In this document: in pieces, positions 26,360 to 36,769 of the stretch | Position numbering within the stretch: position 1 is the stretch's first letter | Layout: the number at the start of each line of letters is the position of its first letter | Assembly: GCA_964016885.1 (NCBI GenBank) | Contig: OZ024741.1 | Location: forward strand, 146,444,001 to 146,508,000 | Source: Eledone cirrhosa | Taxonomy: Eukaryota | DNA: 64,000 bases | Direction of reading: 5' to 3' | Made by a program: the position numbers and the translations under genes | The notes under the pieces: generated by a model | What the model saw: only the letters and a program-made list of their open reading frames with translations | Told to the model about the DNA's origin: nothing | The model's database searches: none

Positions 26360-27020
26360 TCTATCCATGAGTAAAAATACTATAAATTTTTGAATTAATA
26401 AACTTATTTTTTTGCACAGGATAAGGTATTTTGGGACGTGGGCCGCCAACAGACCTAATCATGGAAAAACTACATGCCTGGACAATATGTAAAGAAAATA
26501 AACCGAATACTCTGATGGCTGGATAATCTTTATAATTTTCCTCGATGAAGCAGGAGAAATGCAGATTTTCACCTAATGTGGGCCCTAGGGGATCAAGAAA
26601 ATTAATTTTTTTTATGTGCATAATATGCCTTGAAATTTCGGGAAAATCGGCTAGACGTAACGCCTCAAAAAAGCCTTAATAAGCTGAAAAAATGAAGTTT
26701 TTCCCTTAATGCAGGCCCTAGGCCATAAAAAAAGTTGGATTTTCTTTGCTCACAGTATGAAGAGGAGACTGACTAATACATAGTTACAATTTCAAGGAAA
26801 TCGGTCTAGCCTAAAAAAAAACCCTTAAAAAACTGAAAAAACGCAGTTTGATCCTAGGGGATAAAAAAGTTGAATTTGTTATGTGCATAAAACTCCCTGA
26901 AACATAAGTAATACACATGTAAAGTTTGAAAAAAATCGGTTGGGTACTTCTCGAGTTTTAGGGATTCACACACACACACACACACGTACACACAGATATC
27001 CTCAGTTTTATATATATAGA
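26360..27020 (-). mobile_element. Helitron-associated non-autonomous element (5' end visible) with ~135-bp internal repeats
   Basis: Minus strand A|TCTATATATATAAAACTGAGG, (TG)n, ACCGATTT...AAACTTTACA; three CCTAGG...AAAAAAGTT-like units; no canonical CTAG 3' end found. Confidence 0.6.
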
Positions 27021-27104
27021 TTATTGTTAGTAAAATTATTAGACAGTTAAGAAGTACTATTTCATCTGAGGATTAACTAAAATAGTTGTTACATTTGAAA
27101 GAAT

Positions 27105-27325
27105 ATAACTCTTAACTTCCTGTAAGCATTTAACATAAAATACCTAAAAATGGGTTTGCTAATCCAAATATCTATAGTATCTTTACTAATGAATAGATTG
27201 TGTGAAAATTTGAAGTAAACTAAAGAATTTAACTTTTAATGTGTTGCAATCATACTAGTGTTTTGCCCTTTTCAAGAATGTATTGTAATGCAGTTTGATG
27301 CACTACAGGACGTTAACAGCTAATA
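27105..27325. mobile_element. Decayed MITE with imperfect TIRs
   Basis: TAACTCTTAACTTCCTGTAAGCAT versus ATGCACTACAGGACGTTAACAGCTAA; internal similarity to 600-938. Confidence 0.45.
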
Positions 27326-27412
27326 CAATGAAAATGAAGACAGTACACAATTTATAAATATGAATTATGTGTATATATCAAACAATATGGAATAAACAAA
27401 GTGTTTGGGTAA

Positions 27413-27605
27413 TAATTGTTTCTACATTTGGCACAAGGCCAGCAATTACCCAGTGCATTACTGGTACTTTATTTTATCGACCCCGTAAGGATGAAAGGCA
27501 AAGTTAACCTCGGTGGGATTTGAACTCAGAATGGCAAGGGCCATAACTCTATCCGTCAAAGCATGGCGTCCGACCCTCTACCGATACTGCCAATCCACCA
27601 CCTTT
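27413..27605 (-). mobile_element. tRNA-derived SINE family 1, full length, TSD TTGGGTAATAAT
   Basis: A box TGGCAGTATCGG, B box GAGTTCAAATC, core ACTTTGCCTTTCATCCTTACGGGGTCGATAAAATAAAGTACCAG. Confidence 0.9.
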
Positions 27606-28202
27606 GGTTGGGTAATAATGAAAGTAGCACCTTTATGCAATATCAAATGTATCAAGGGGAAATCTAATTGGCAGAATCTTTCACTCTCCTAAACATTAAA
27701 CATAGTTGAATACATTATGAAGTGTTATAAATCCAGAAGGGACTTGGTTGCCCAATTGTCAGCATCCTGGTAGAGCTTACATGTAGAAAGGCAATGTACA
27801 TTTAATCTATTAGATTATAAATTACTACTAAATACACAACATCTCAACAAAGTGAGGTTTCATCATAAGAATGAGGAGAAGATGTAAACTATACTCAAAC
27901 TAAATCTATTATCTGTGACAGAAAGTCTACCAGTTCATTATTTTTTCCACTTTATTCATTGTGATAATTATTGACAGGTTTTTCTCATAGGTTACATTTG
28001 AGGCAATGTTTTATGGCCAGATGCCCTTCCCTGCCAACACCAAGCCTTCTAGCCATCCTTTACAATATCCAGAAATATGGTGTACCTATTCTAAACTGGG
28101 TAAATTTCTATAAAGTATACCTTGATAATATATGATATCAGGGAATTATTGAGAAAACAAGAATGTTGTGATATCTATAATACTATTATTATTGTCTTTT
28201 AA

Positions 28203-28395
28203 AGGGCGGTGGATTGGCAGTATCGGTGGAGGGTCGGACACCATGCTTTCCAGCATAGTTACGTCCCTTTACGATCTGAGTTCAAATCCCACCGAGGTTA
28301 ACTTTGCCTTTCATCCTTACGGGGTCGATAAAATAAAGTACCAGTAATGCACTGGGTAATTGCTGGCCTTGTGCCTAATGTAGAAACAATTATTG
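28203..28395 (+). mobile_element. SINE family 1, full length, 17-bp TSD ATTATTGTCTTTTAAAG
   Basis: Same head and core as 27413-27605; flanking direct repeat visible. Older copies at ~10190-10320(-), ~20960-21135(-), ~21455-21670(+), ~29570-29700(-) and ~41115-41265(-). Confidence 0.9.
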
Positions 28396-29699
28396 TCTTT
28401 TAAAGATGATACAAAATGGAGTAGACTATAGATATAATAAAATACAAAAGGCACATCCACCCATACAAGTACTGCAGTGTTTGACAGAGAAAATATAGGG
28501 TCCGAAAGTATTCTTCAGTTTAGAAAAGTATGTGACTACATGTCTCAAGTGCTGGGGGCATAAAAAAAAACCGCATCCAATCCTCACAGTTGGTAATGCT
28601 GATGACACGATAAAATATACCTAATCATTTCTGTAATGTGTAAGTGCTATGATAAAATGCGCCCAGCATACCCTGTAAAGTGGTTGGTGTTAGGAAGGGT
28701 CTTCAACCATAGAAACCATGCCAAATATGAAACATGATTAGTCTGTCCAACCCATGCCAGTATGGAAAAACAATGGTGATGAGAATACAACAGAAGATAC
28801 TGAAAAGATGACAATTTCAGAACTTCAATAACATGTTTTCTATTTAGAAAAATTTCTATTCACTTTAACAGTATTACAAGAATTGTTCCTATTGTGCACA
28901 AGTAGATCAAAGTATGACTTGAACTCAGAATGCAAATAACTCAAGTTATTCAGAAAAAAATAACAAAAATGAAATTTTAAGTGAAAGAGAAAGGAAAGAC
29001 AAAGAAAATAAGAAATGGTATGAGAGAGAAAGTTACAAAATGAGGGAAAGAAGTAAAACATTGTTTCAGCTATCAATTTTTCACTGTAGTAGCAGCAAAT
29101 AAATGTTGATAGCTACATAGACTGAAGGTTAGTGGTGGAGAAACACAAACACACACACACATACATGCAAATATAAACATGGAGACACACAAACATATAT
29201 TTTTATACGTATATATACGTTTATACACACACATTCATACTAAGTCATACTCTCTCCAACCTTCATACTTTTGTATTGCAATTATCTCTGACAATGGAAT
29301 CTTGGCATTTATCAGTTGACTGCATAAACTCCTCTTGCAGCCAATTGCTTCTACACATCTTCAAAGACACACATCATTTGAATTCTGAGAGAATTCAGGT
29401 TATAGTACTTGTTACATCCACCTTGAAGGGGAGAAAAGCAAACAAAATCATGCCAACATTTGAATCACAAAATGTAGAAGTGACATCTATTATGCATCAA
29501 TTATGTTAATTATATCCCAATCAAATTTCTACTATAATATTATGTGAGTTAATAACAACAACTACAATTCTAACATAAGCACAAGATCAGTATTATTTTT
29601 TTAGGTAGTCAATTAAATCTAACCTAATACTTTACTGGTAGCCTATACTACCGACCCTGGAAGGATGAGAGGCAAAACTGGCCTCAGAAGGATTTGAAC

Positions 29700-30395
29700 A
29701 AGAATGCCTTGCTTCCCTGGACATGGATAAATAAAGCTCCAATGTCTGGCAACTGACTTGGTAGACACCCACAAAACTATTAATCATCTTGCCAACAACA
29801 ACCCTGAGCACCATTTTGAATTCCATGTGTCAAACACCTGTGGACATGCTTACAAAATCAGAAAACAACACAGCTTTCATGACTTTCAGAAACATTTTTT
29901 CATGCTCAGAGTTTCTGAAGCATGGAACAATCTACCTGCATCAGTTGTTAGCTTTCAGGACACTGCATCCTTCAAAACTTCCATACTTCCCAAAATTTGC
30001 CAACACTACACCTGATAGTCTCCCTCCATACATACAACTCAACAAAGGTGCATGTATAGTACATAGAATAATATACAAATGTCAGGGAAGTGAATAGTGT
30101 GAGTCATAATATACATACACACATGTATATTATGACTCATACACTATTCACTTCCCTGACATTTGTATATTATTCTATGTACTATACATGCACCTTTGAT
30201 GAGTTGTAGTGCACCTGAGCATTTTACACAATAATTTCATTATTATTATTATATGCACGCATGTGTGTGTATATCATGACCAATACCCTGTTCACTTTCC
30301 TGACATTTATACATTATTCTATGTACTATACATGTACCTTTGATGAGTTGTAGTGCACCTGAGTACTGTACACAATAATTTTCATTATTATTATT
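29700..30395 (+). mobile_element. CR1-like 3' fragment with internal fold-back duplication, followed by a second short 3' end
   Basis: Translates to ...HAYKIRKQHSFHDFQKHFFMLRVSEAWN; 3' UTR and (ATT)n tails at ~30250 and ~30395; inverted arms 30033-30116 and 30123-30208. Confidence 0.85.
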
Positions 30396-30633
30396 TTAAA
30401 AGGCCAAAACTAAATGCTACAAAGCATTTTGTCCAATGCTCTCACAATTCTGCTAGTCTACTGCCCTTAACGAATCTACTGCTCTTCAATGAAAGAAAGC
30501 ACACACATTTTTTTCTCAGAGAGTATATATTATGTAATATGTGGATGTATACGTGTGTGCATATATATGTGTATGTGTGCATGTGGATGTATGTGTGTGT
30601 GTATATATATATATGTATATATATATACACACA

Positions 30634-33274
30634 CAGTCAGATAGATTTTATCCTCATTAGAGGATGTGACAGATGGACGGTCGTAAGCACAAAAGCCTTC
30701 CCTAGTGAGGAATGTACCTCCCAACATAGCTTAGATGTCAGTGACCTCACGGTCAGAACTAGACGAACCTGGAAACAGAGGCCAACCTGGAGAAGAAAGA
30801 TCTGGAAACTGAAAGACCCCTCAGCCAGTAACAGATTTAAAGATATTTTACTCAACGCCTACAACAGTAAAGAAGAACAGATAGAGACATTCAATGTAGA
30901 AGAGCACTGGGAGTTCCTAAAAAATAACTTACTAGAGGCGACGGTTGAGATCTGTGGCTGGAGAAAGACCACGGGCAGGAGGAGAGTGACTTGGTGGTGG
31001 AACAATAAAGTAGATGAGGCAGTTAAAGCCAAGAGACAGGCATGGAAAGAATGGAAGAATGGCGGAAGCAGGGTACATTACATAGAGACCAGGAGAGAGG
31101 CTAGGCGACAAGTATAGTTAGCTAGGAGGGAAGCAGAGGATAGAAAATTCAAGCATGTTTTGCAACGTGAGGACCTGAAACAGGAGGTGTTAAAGATTGC
31201 AAGGCAGTGTGTCAGAGAGAATTGTGATGTCATTGGAGAGATAAAGGTGAGCTTGCCCTCACAAGTGCTGAGAAGAAAGATGCGTGGAAGAGCCATTATG
31301 ATAGATTACTAAATGAGGAGAATGCATAGGAAGAAAAGACCCTACCAAAGTAGACCCTATAGAGGGGCCGGCAGTACAAGTCAGCAGCAGCATAGTAATT
31401 AAGGCAATCAAAGATATGAAGACGGGGAAGGCAACCGGTCCATCGGGTATAGCTGCCGAGATGCTGAAGGCATCTGGGTCGGTAGGTCACACTATAACCA
31501 CACGTATTGTTAACCAGGTAATACTAGAAGGTGTCATACCAAAGCATTGGTGCAGTAGCATCATTGTCAACTGCTACAAGGGTAAAGGTGATGCACTAGA
31601 TAGAGGAAACTATAGAGGTATAAAGCTGATGGACCAGGTAATGAAAGTAACAGAAAGAGTTATAGCACAGTTGATTAGGGACCGGGTGAAACTAGATGAG
31701 ATGCAGTTTGGGTTTGTACCAAGAAGAGGCACCACTAATGCCTTCTTCCTTGTGAGGCAGTTACAGGAAAAGTACCTAGCTATAAGTAAGCCACTCTACC
31801 TGGCATTCATCAATCTCGAGAAAGCCTTTGACAGAGTTCCCCGTGCTATAATCTGGTGGGCTCTTAGAAAACTAGGAGTAGATGAATGGCTTGTGAAAGC
31901 TGTACAAGCCATGTATAGGGGAGCAGTCAGCAAAGTTAGGATTAGCAATGAGTATAGCAAGGAATTTAGCGTACAGGTCGGTGTCCACCAGGGCTCTGTT
32001 CTTAGCCCTCTCCTATTCATCATAGTCCTGCAGGCAATAATGGAGGAGTTTAATACCTGATGCCCATAGGAACTCATGAATGCAGCTGACCTCGCACTTA
32101 TAGCTGAATCTATGGTAGAACTAGAGAAGAAATTCCAAACTTGGAAGCAGGGACTAGAAAGAAAGGGTCTCAAAGTCAACCTGACAAAGACTAAGGTCTT
32201 GCAAGTAGACGAGAAAACAGAACCCATATCCCCACAGGGAAATGGCCTTTCTCAGTATGTAGGTAGGAACTCCATTCTCTGCCTCAAATGCAAACAATGG
32301 GTACACAAGAGATGTAGCCGGATCTCAGGAAGCTTAACTAAGAATGTAGCAGCTGTGCTGGGACAGCAAGCACCAAACAGCCACAGGAAACAAGTACCAC
32401 CAATCTCTGGGAGGGCTCTGTAGAAACAGTAGACAGCTTCTGCTACCTAGGTGACTGAATTAGCAGCGGAGGTGGGTGTTCAGAAAGTACAATAACTAGG
32501 GTAAGAATGGGATGGAAGAAGTTCAGGGAGCTACTGCCACTGCTAGCTGCAAAAGGCTTTTCCCACAAAATGAAAGGCAGACTGTATGATGCATGTATAC
32601 GAACATCAATGTTACATGGTAGTGAGACCTGGGCGCTGAATGTGGAAGACTTGCGTAGATTAGAAAGAAACGAAGCCTGTATGCTCTGATGGATGTGTAA
32701 TTGTAATATACACGAATGGCAAAGCATAAATGAATTGAGAGAGAGACTGAGCATAAGAGGAATCAAATGCTGTGTGCAGGAGAGGCGGTTGCGTTGGTAT
32801 GGACATGTGATGCGTATGAAGGATGACAACTGCATAAAAAGGTGCACAGCACTAGAAGTCGATGGAAACCGTGGAGTGGGGAGACCCAGGAAGACCTGGG
32901 ATGAGGTGATAAAAGCCGACCTTACCCAATTACACCTCTCAAAGGCGATGACACATGACCATGATCTCTGGCGTCACACAGTAATACAGAATACCCCCCC
33001 AGGTACAAGCTGAAGCTGAAGCATATAGACAATCCCCCCCCCTCACATACACACACACTGTAAAGTGGACATGTAGGCATCACGGAAAAAAGCACCCAGC
33101 ACTCACTGTAAATGAGGTTGGTGTTAGGAAGGGCATCCAGCTGTAGAAATCAAGCCAGAATCAGTTCCTGTATGAGCAAGACAAGGTCAGCTGACTGGAC
33201 ACTGCCCACAACAGGACAACCCGTCTAACCCATGCTAGCGTGGAAGAATGGATGTAAAATAGTGATGATGATGA
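30634..33274 (+). mobile_element. RTE LINE family B, 5'-truncated, with several stops and frameshifts
   Basis: Runs from SQIDFIL (end of APE) through RT motifs and a PHD remnant to GRPRKTW, 3' UTR and (GAT)n; starts at a (TA)n(CA)n run. Confidence 0.92.
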
Positions 33275-33287
33275 CACACACATACAT

Positions 33288-33707
33288 GTTGCACATGGCT
33301 TAGTGGTTAGAGCATTGAGCTTACAATTGAAAGGTGGTGAGTTCAATGTTTTGTTTCCTTGAGCAAGACACTTTATTTCACATTGCTCCAGTTTACACAG
33401 CTGTAGAAATGAGATGATTGGACTGGGGTCCCTATCATTCCATTGCAAAGTGGTCGTTGGGGTGCCACGGCAAAAAAGCACCCAGCCGACACTGTAAAGT
33501 GGACGTGTAGGCGCCACGGAAAAAAGCACCCAGCACTCACTGTAAATGAGCTTGGTGTTAGGAAGGGCATCCAGCTGTAGAAATCAAGCCAGAATCAGTT
33601 CCCATATGAGCAAGACAAGGTAAGCCAACCGGACACTGCCCACAACAGGAAAACCCGTCTAACCCATGCTAGCGTAGAAGAACGGACATAAAACAGTGAT
33701 GATGAAG
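33288..33707 (+). mobile_element. SINE family 2 with long RTE-B-type tail
   Basis: tRNA head and CORE-like segment, then ~220 bp nearly identical to the 3' UTR at 33056-33274. Confidence 0.88.
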
Positions 33708-33970
33708 ATATATATATATGTTACATTGGACCCTCATGAAATTAAAGTGCAAGTGTCTGAGCATTTCACAGACATGTGTACTCCAAGGAAATTCAGCATG
33801 ATATGTGTGACATGGCTGGCCCTTTGAAATACAGGTACAACTAATTATTTGAGTTGTCTAGAGCAATATGAAATGAAGTGGGTTGCTCAACTTGTGGTCT
33901 TAAAATCAAGAACTGAATGTAACTACTAAATTATGCCCCTTAATATACATGTGTGTGTCTACAAACATAT

Positions 33971-36726
33971 CATCATCATCATCATCATCATCAACGTTTA
34001 ACGTCCGTGTTCCACGCTTGCATGGGTTTGGACGGGGGTAGTCCCACTTGAGGCAAGAGTGATTGTCTTGCTCGCATAGGACTGTCTGGCAGGTTTTCTA
34101 CAGTTGGATGCCCTTCCTAACACCAACCACATTTACAGTGTGGGTCTGGGAGGTTTTTACCGTGTTGCCTTCACGGCCACATTACAGCGTGGACTGTGTG
34201 TTTTTTTGTCGTGACACCTACACGATCTCATTTGTTTCGGCCTGGATGGCGCGGCACCAACATAACTTTACATAGAACGGGGTGGTGTGGATGGGGTGGG
34301 GGTGGTGGCGGGACGGGGTGTATTTTGTTAGAGATGCCTACTGGCAAGGCGGGTCTTCTCTGTTACTGAGTACCGCCTAAGGTCACGGTCCAGTGACATT
34401 GTCTTGGAGAGGTGTAAGTGTGTGAGGTCGGAGTTTATCAGCTCATCCCATGTTTTTCTAGGTCTGCCTATTCCGTGGCTACCGTCTATCTTTATTGCCC
34501 TGCACTTTGTAATACAGCTATCGACTTTCATGTGTCCATACCAACGCAGCCTTCTCTCGAGTAAACAACATCTGATCCCTCTTATCTCTAATTTTTTCCT
34601 TAGTTCGTTTATGCTTTGCCGTTCACGTATATTACTGTTACACATCCAGCGGAGCATGCAAGCTTCGTTCCTCTCTAGTCTGCGTATATCCTCTGCACAC
34701 AATGCCCAGGTCTCACTACCATGCAACATTGCTGTTCGTATGCAGGCATCGTACAACCTGCCTTTCATTTTTAGGGAGAACCCTTTAGCAGCTAATAGTG
34801 GTATAAGCTCTCTGAACTTTTTCCAACCAGTTCTGACTCTAGCTACAGTACTTTCAGAGCACCCTCCCCCACTGCTGATTTTATCGCCCAGGTAACGGAA
34901 GCTGTCCACTATTTCTATAGAACCCTCTGCGCAATTGAAAGAGCTAGTATTTTGTGGGCACTTGCTGCTACTTATTGCACCAGAACACCGGCCACATGTA
35001 AAGTCTATGTTCTTAGTTAGCTTACCTGTGATCCCACTACATCTTTTATGCACCCATACTTTGCATTTAGGACATAAGATGGAGTTTCTACCTACGCCTT
35101 TCCTACATACCGAGCACGACCATTTCCCAGAAGGGACCGCCGCCTTGTTTTCTTTCCTACAAACTAGAACTTTGGTCTTAGCCAGGTTAATTTTAAGTCC
35201 TTTTGACTCTAGGCCGTGCTTCCATGTTTGGAATTTCTTCTCTAGCTCGGCCATTGATTCCGCTATGAGTGTCAGGTCGTCTGCGTATAGGAGTTCCCAT
35301 GGGCAGCCGGTCTTGAACTCCTCTGTTATAGCCTGAAGGGCAATAATAAATAGTAGGGGGCTGAGAACAGAGCCCTGATGGACGCCAACTTTTACGCTAA
35401 ACTCTTCACTATATTCGTTGTTAATTCTAACCTTGCTGACTGTTTCTTTATACATGGCTTGTATAGCCCTCACAAGCCATTCGTCAACGCCTAGTTTTCT
35501 AAGAGCCCACCAGATAATGGAGCGGGGGACTCTGTCGAAGGCTTTCTCCAGGTCGACAAAAGCTAAGTAGAGGGGTTTACCTTTAGCTAGGTACTTCTCC
35601 TGTAGTTGTCGTACTATGAAAAGAGCGTCTGTGGTGCTTTTGCCTGACACAAACCCGAACTGCATTTCATCTAGATCAATTCTCTCTCTGATTAGTTGCG
35701 CTATTACTTTTTCCGTGACCTTCATGACCTGGTCGATTAATTTAATGCCTCTATAGTTACTCCTATCTAGGGCGTCTCTTTTACCCTTATAACAGTTAAC
35801 GATGATGCTGCTATGCCAGTCCTTCGGAACAACCCCATTCTGTACGACTTGGTTAACTATGCGGGTGACCATGGTGTGTCCCACCGTGCCAGATGCCTTC
35901 AGCATCTCAGCAACTATTTCCGAGGGCCCAGCCGCCTTACCAGTCTTCATATCCTTGATTGCCTTACTTATTATACTCCCCTCGACTAACACTGCTGGTC
36001 CCTCTATCGGGTCGATATGGGGGAGACTGTCTTTCTCCCATTTATTCTCCTCATTTAGTAGCCTTTCATAGTGACACTTCCAAGCTACCTTCTTATCAGT
36101 GTCGGTGATGGCAAGTATGCCATCATCGTTAAGTACACACTTCTCCCCGACAATATCAGGGTTTTCCTTGACGCATTGCCTGGCAATCCTGAACACCTCA
36201 CGTTTTTGGTCATCGCGTTGTAGAACATGCTTGAACTTTCTTTCCTCAGCTTCCCTTCTTGCTAAGTACATTTCTCTCCTAGCTTCCCTCCTGGCCACTT
36301 GATAGTCTACTCTACTTCCCCCATCCCGCCATACTTTCCAAGCCTGCTTTTTGGCCTTAATTGACCCCTCCACCCTACTGTTCCACCACCATGTTACTCT
36401 CCTCCTGCCTACAGGCCTGCTCCAGCCACAGACTTCGTCTGTCGCCAACAGCAGGTTTGCTTTCAGAAATTTCCACTGTCCCTCTATATTGTCCGATTCT
36501 AGATGCTCTTCCTTACTGTCGAAAGCATCAAGTAATATGCTTTGAAATTTATTTCTGGCTGTGGGGTCCTTTAGTTTCCATATTTTCCTCCTGAGGATAG
36601 TCCTCTTCTGCTGTCGGGTACGTCTCGTCCTGACTATGAGGTCGCTAATTATGAGTCTATGTTGGGAGGTGCATTCTTCATGGGGGAGGGATTTAGTGTT
36701 TACAACAGACACTCTGTCACGTCTTA
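33971..36726 (-). mobile_element. RTE LINE family A, 5'-truncated young copy 2
   Basis: Uninterrupted ORF from the end of APE to the stop; near-identical to 2540-4335 apart from a 9-bp in-frame deletion and scattered substitutions; 5' end at (TA)n. Confidence 0.95.
34328..36724 (-). CDS. Partial RTE ORF (~800 aa): APE tail, WWWN linker, RT with internal PHD finger
   Basis: TSQHRL, WWWN, GKAAGPSEI, YADD, C4HC3 finger, FRYLG, GRPRKTW; the first ~57 aa of the ORF-track protein come from flanking DNA. Confidence 0.92.
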   Translation of the reverse strand, partial: RRDRVSVVNTKSLPHEECTSQHRLIISDLIVRTRRTRQQKRTILRRKIWKLKDPTARNKFQSILLDAFDSKEEHLESDNIEGQWKFLKANLLLATDEVCGWSRPVGRRRVTWWWNSRVEGSIKAKKQAWKVWRDGGSRVDYQVARREARREMYLARREAEERKFKHVLQRDDQKREVFRIARQCVKENPDIVGEKCVLNDDGILAITDTDKKVAWKCHYERLLNEENKWEKDSLPHIDPIEGPAVLVEGSIISKAIKDMKTGKAAGPSEIVAEMLKASGTVGHTMVTRIVNQVVQNGVVPKDWHSSIIVNCYKGKRDALDRSNYRGIKLIDQVMKVTEKVIAQLIRERIDLDEMQFGFVSGKSTTDALFIVRQLQEKYLAKGKPLYLAFVDLEKAFDRVPRSIIWWALRKLGVDEWLVRAIQAMYKETVSKVRINNEYSEEFSVKVGVHQGSVLSPLLFIIALQAITEEFKTGCPWELLYADDLTLIAESMAELEKKFQTWKHGLESKGLKINLAKTKVLVCRKENKAAVPSGKWSCSVCRKGVGRNSILCPKCKVWVHKRCSGITGKLTKNIDFTCGRCSGAISSSKCPQNTSSFNCAEGSIEIVDSFRYLGDKISSGGGCSESTVARVRTGWKKFRELIPLLAAKGFSLKMKGRLYDACIRTAMLHGSETWALCAEDIRRLERNEACMLRWMCNSNIRERQSINELRKKLEIRGIRCCLLERRLRWYGHMKVDSCITKCRAIKIDGSHGIGRPRKTWDELINSDLTHLHLSKTMSLDRDLRRYSVTEKTRLASRHL

Positions 36727-36769
36727 TATATATATATACGTCATATATATATATATATATATATAGGAG

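Noticed and set aside
33440-33560. CTGTAAA...GAAAA tail units as hammerheads
   Set aside because: CTGTAAA sits in a closed hairpin loop and does not match CUGANGA in a three-way junction.
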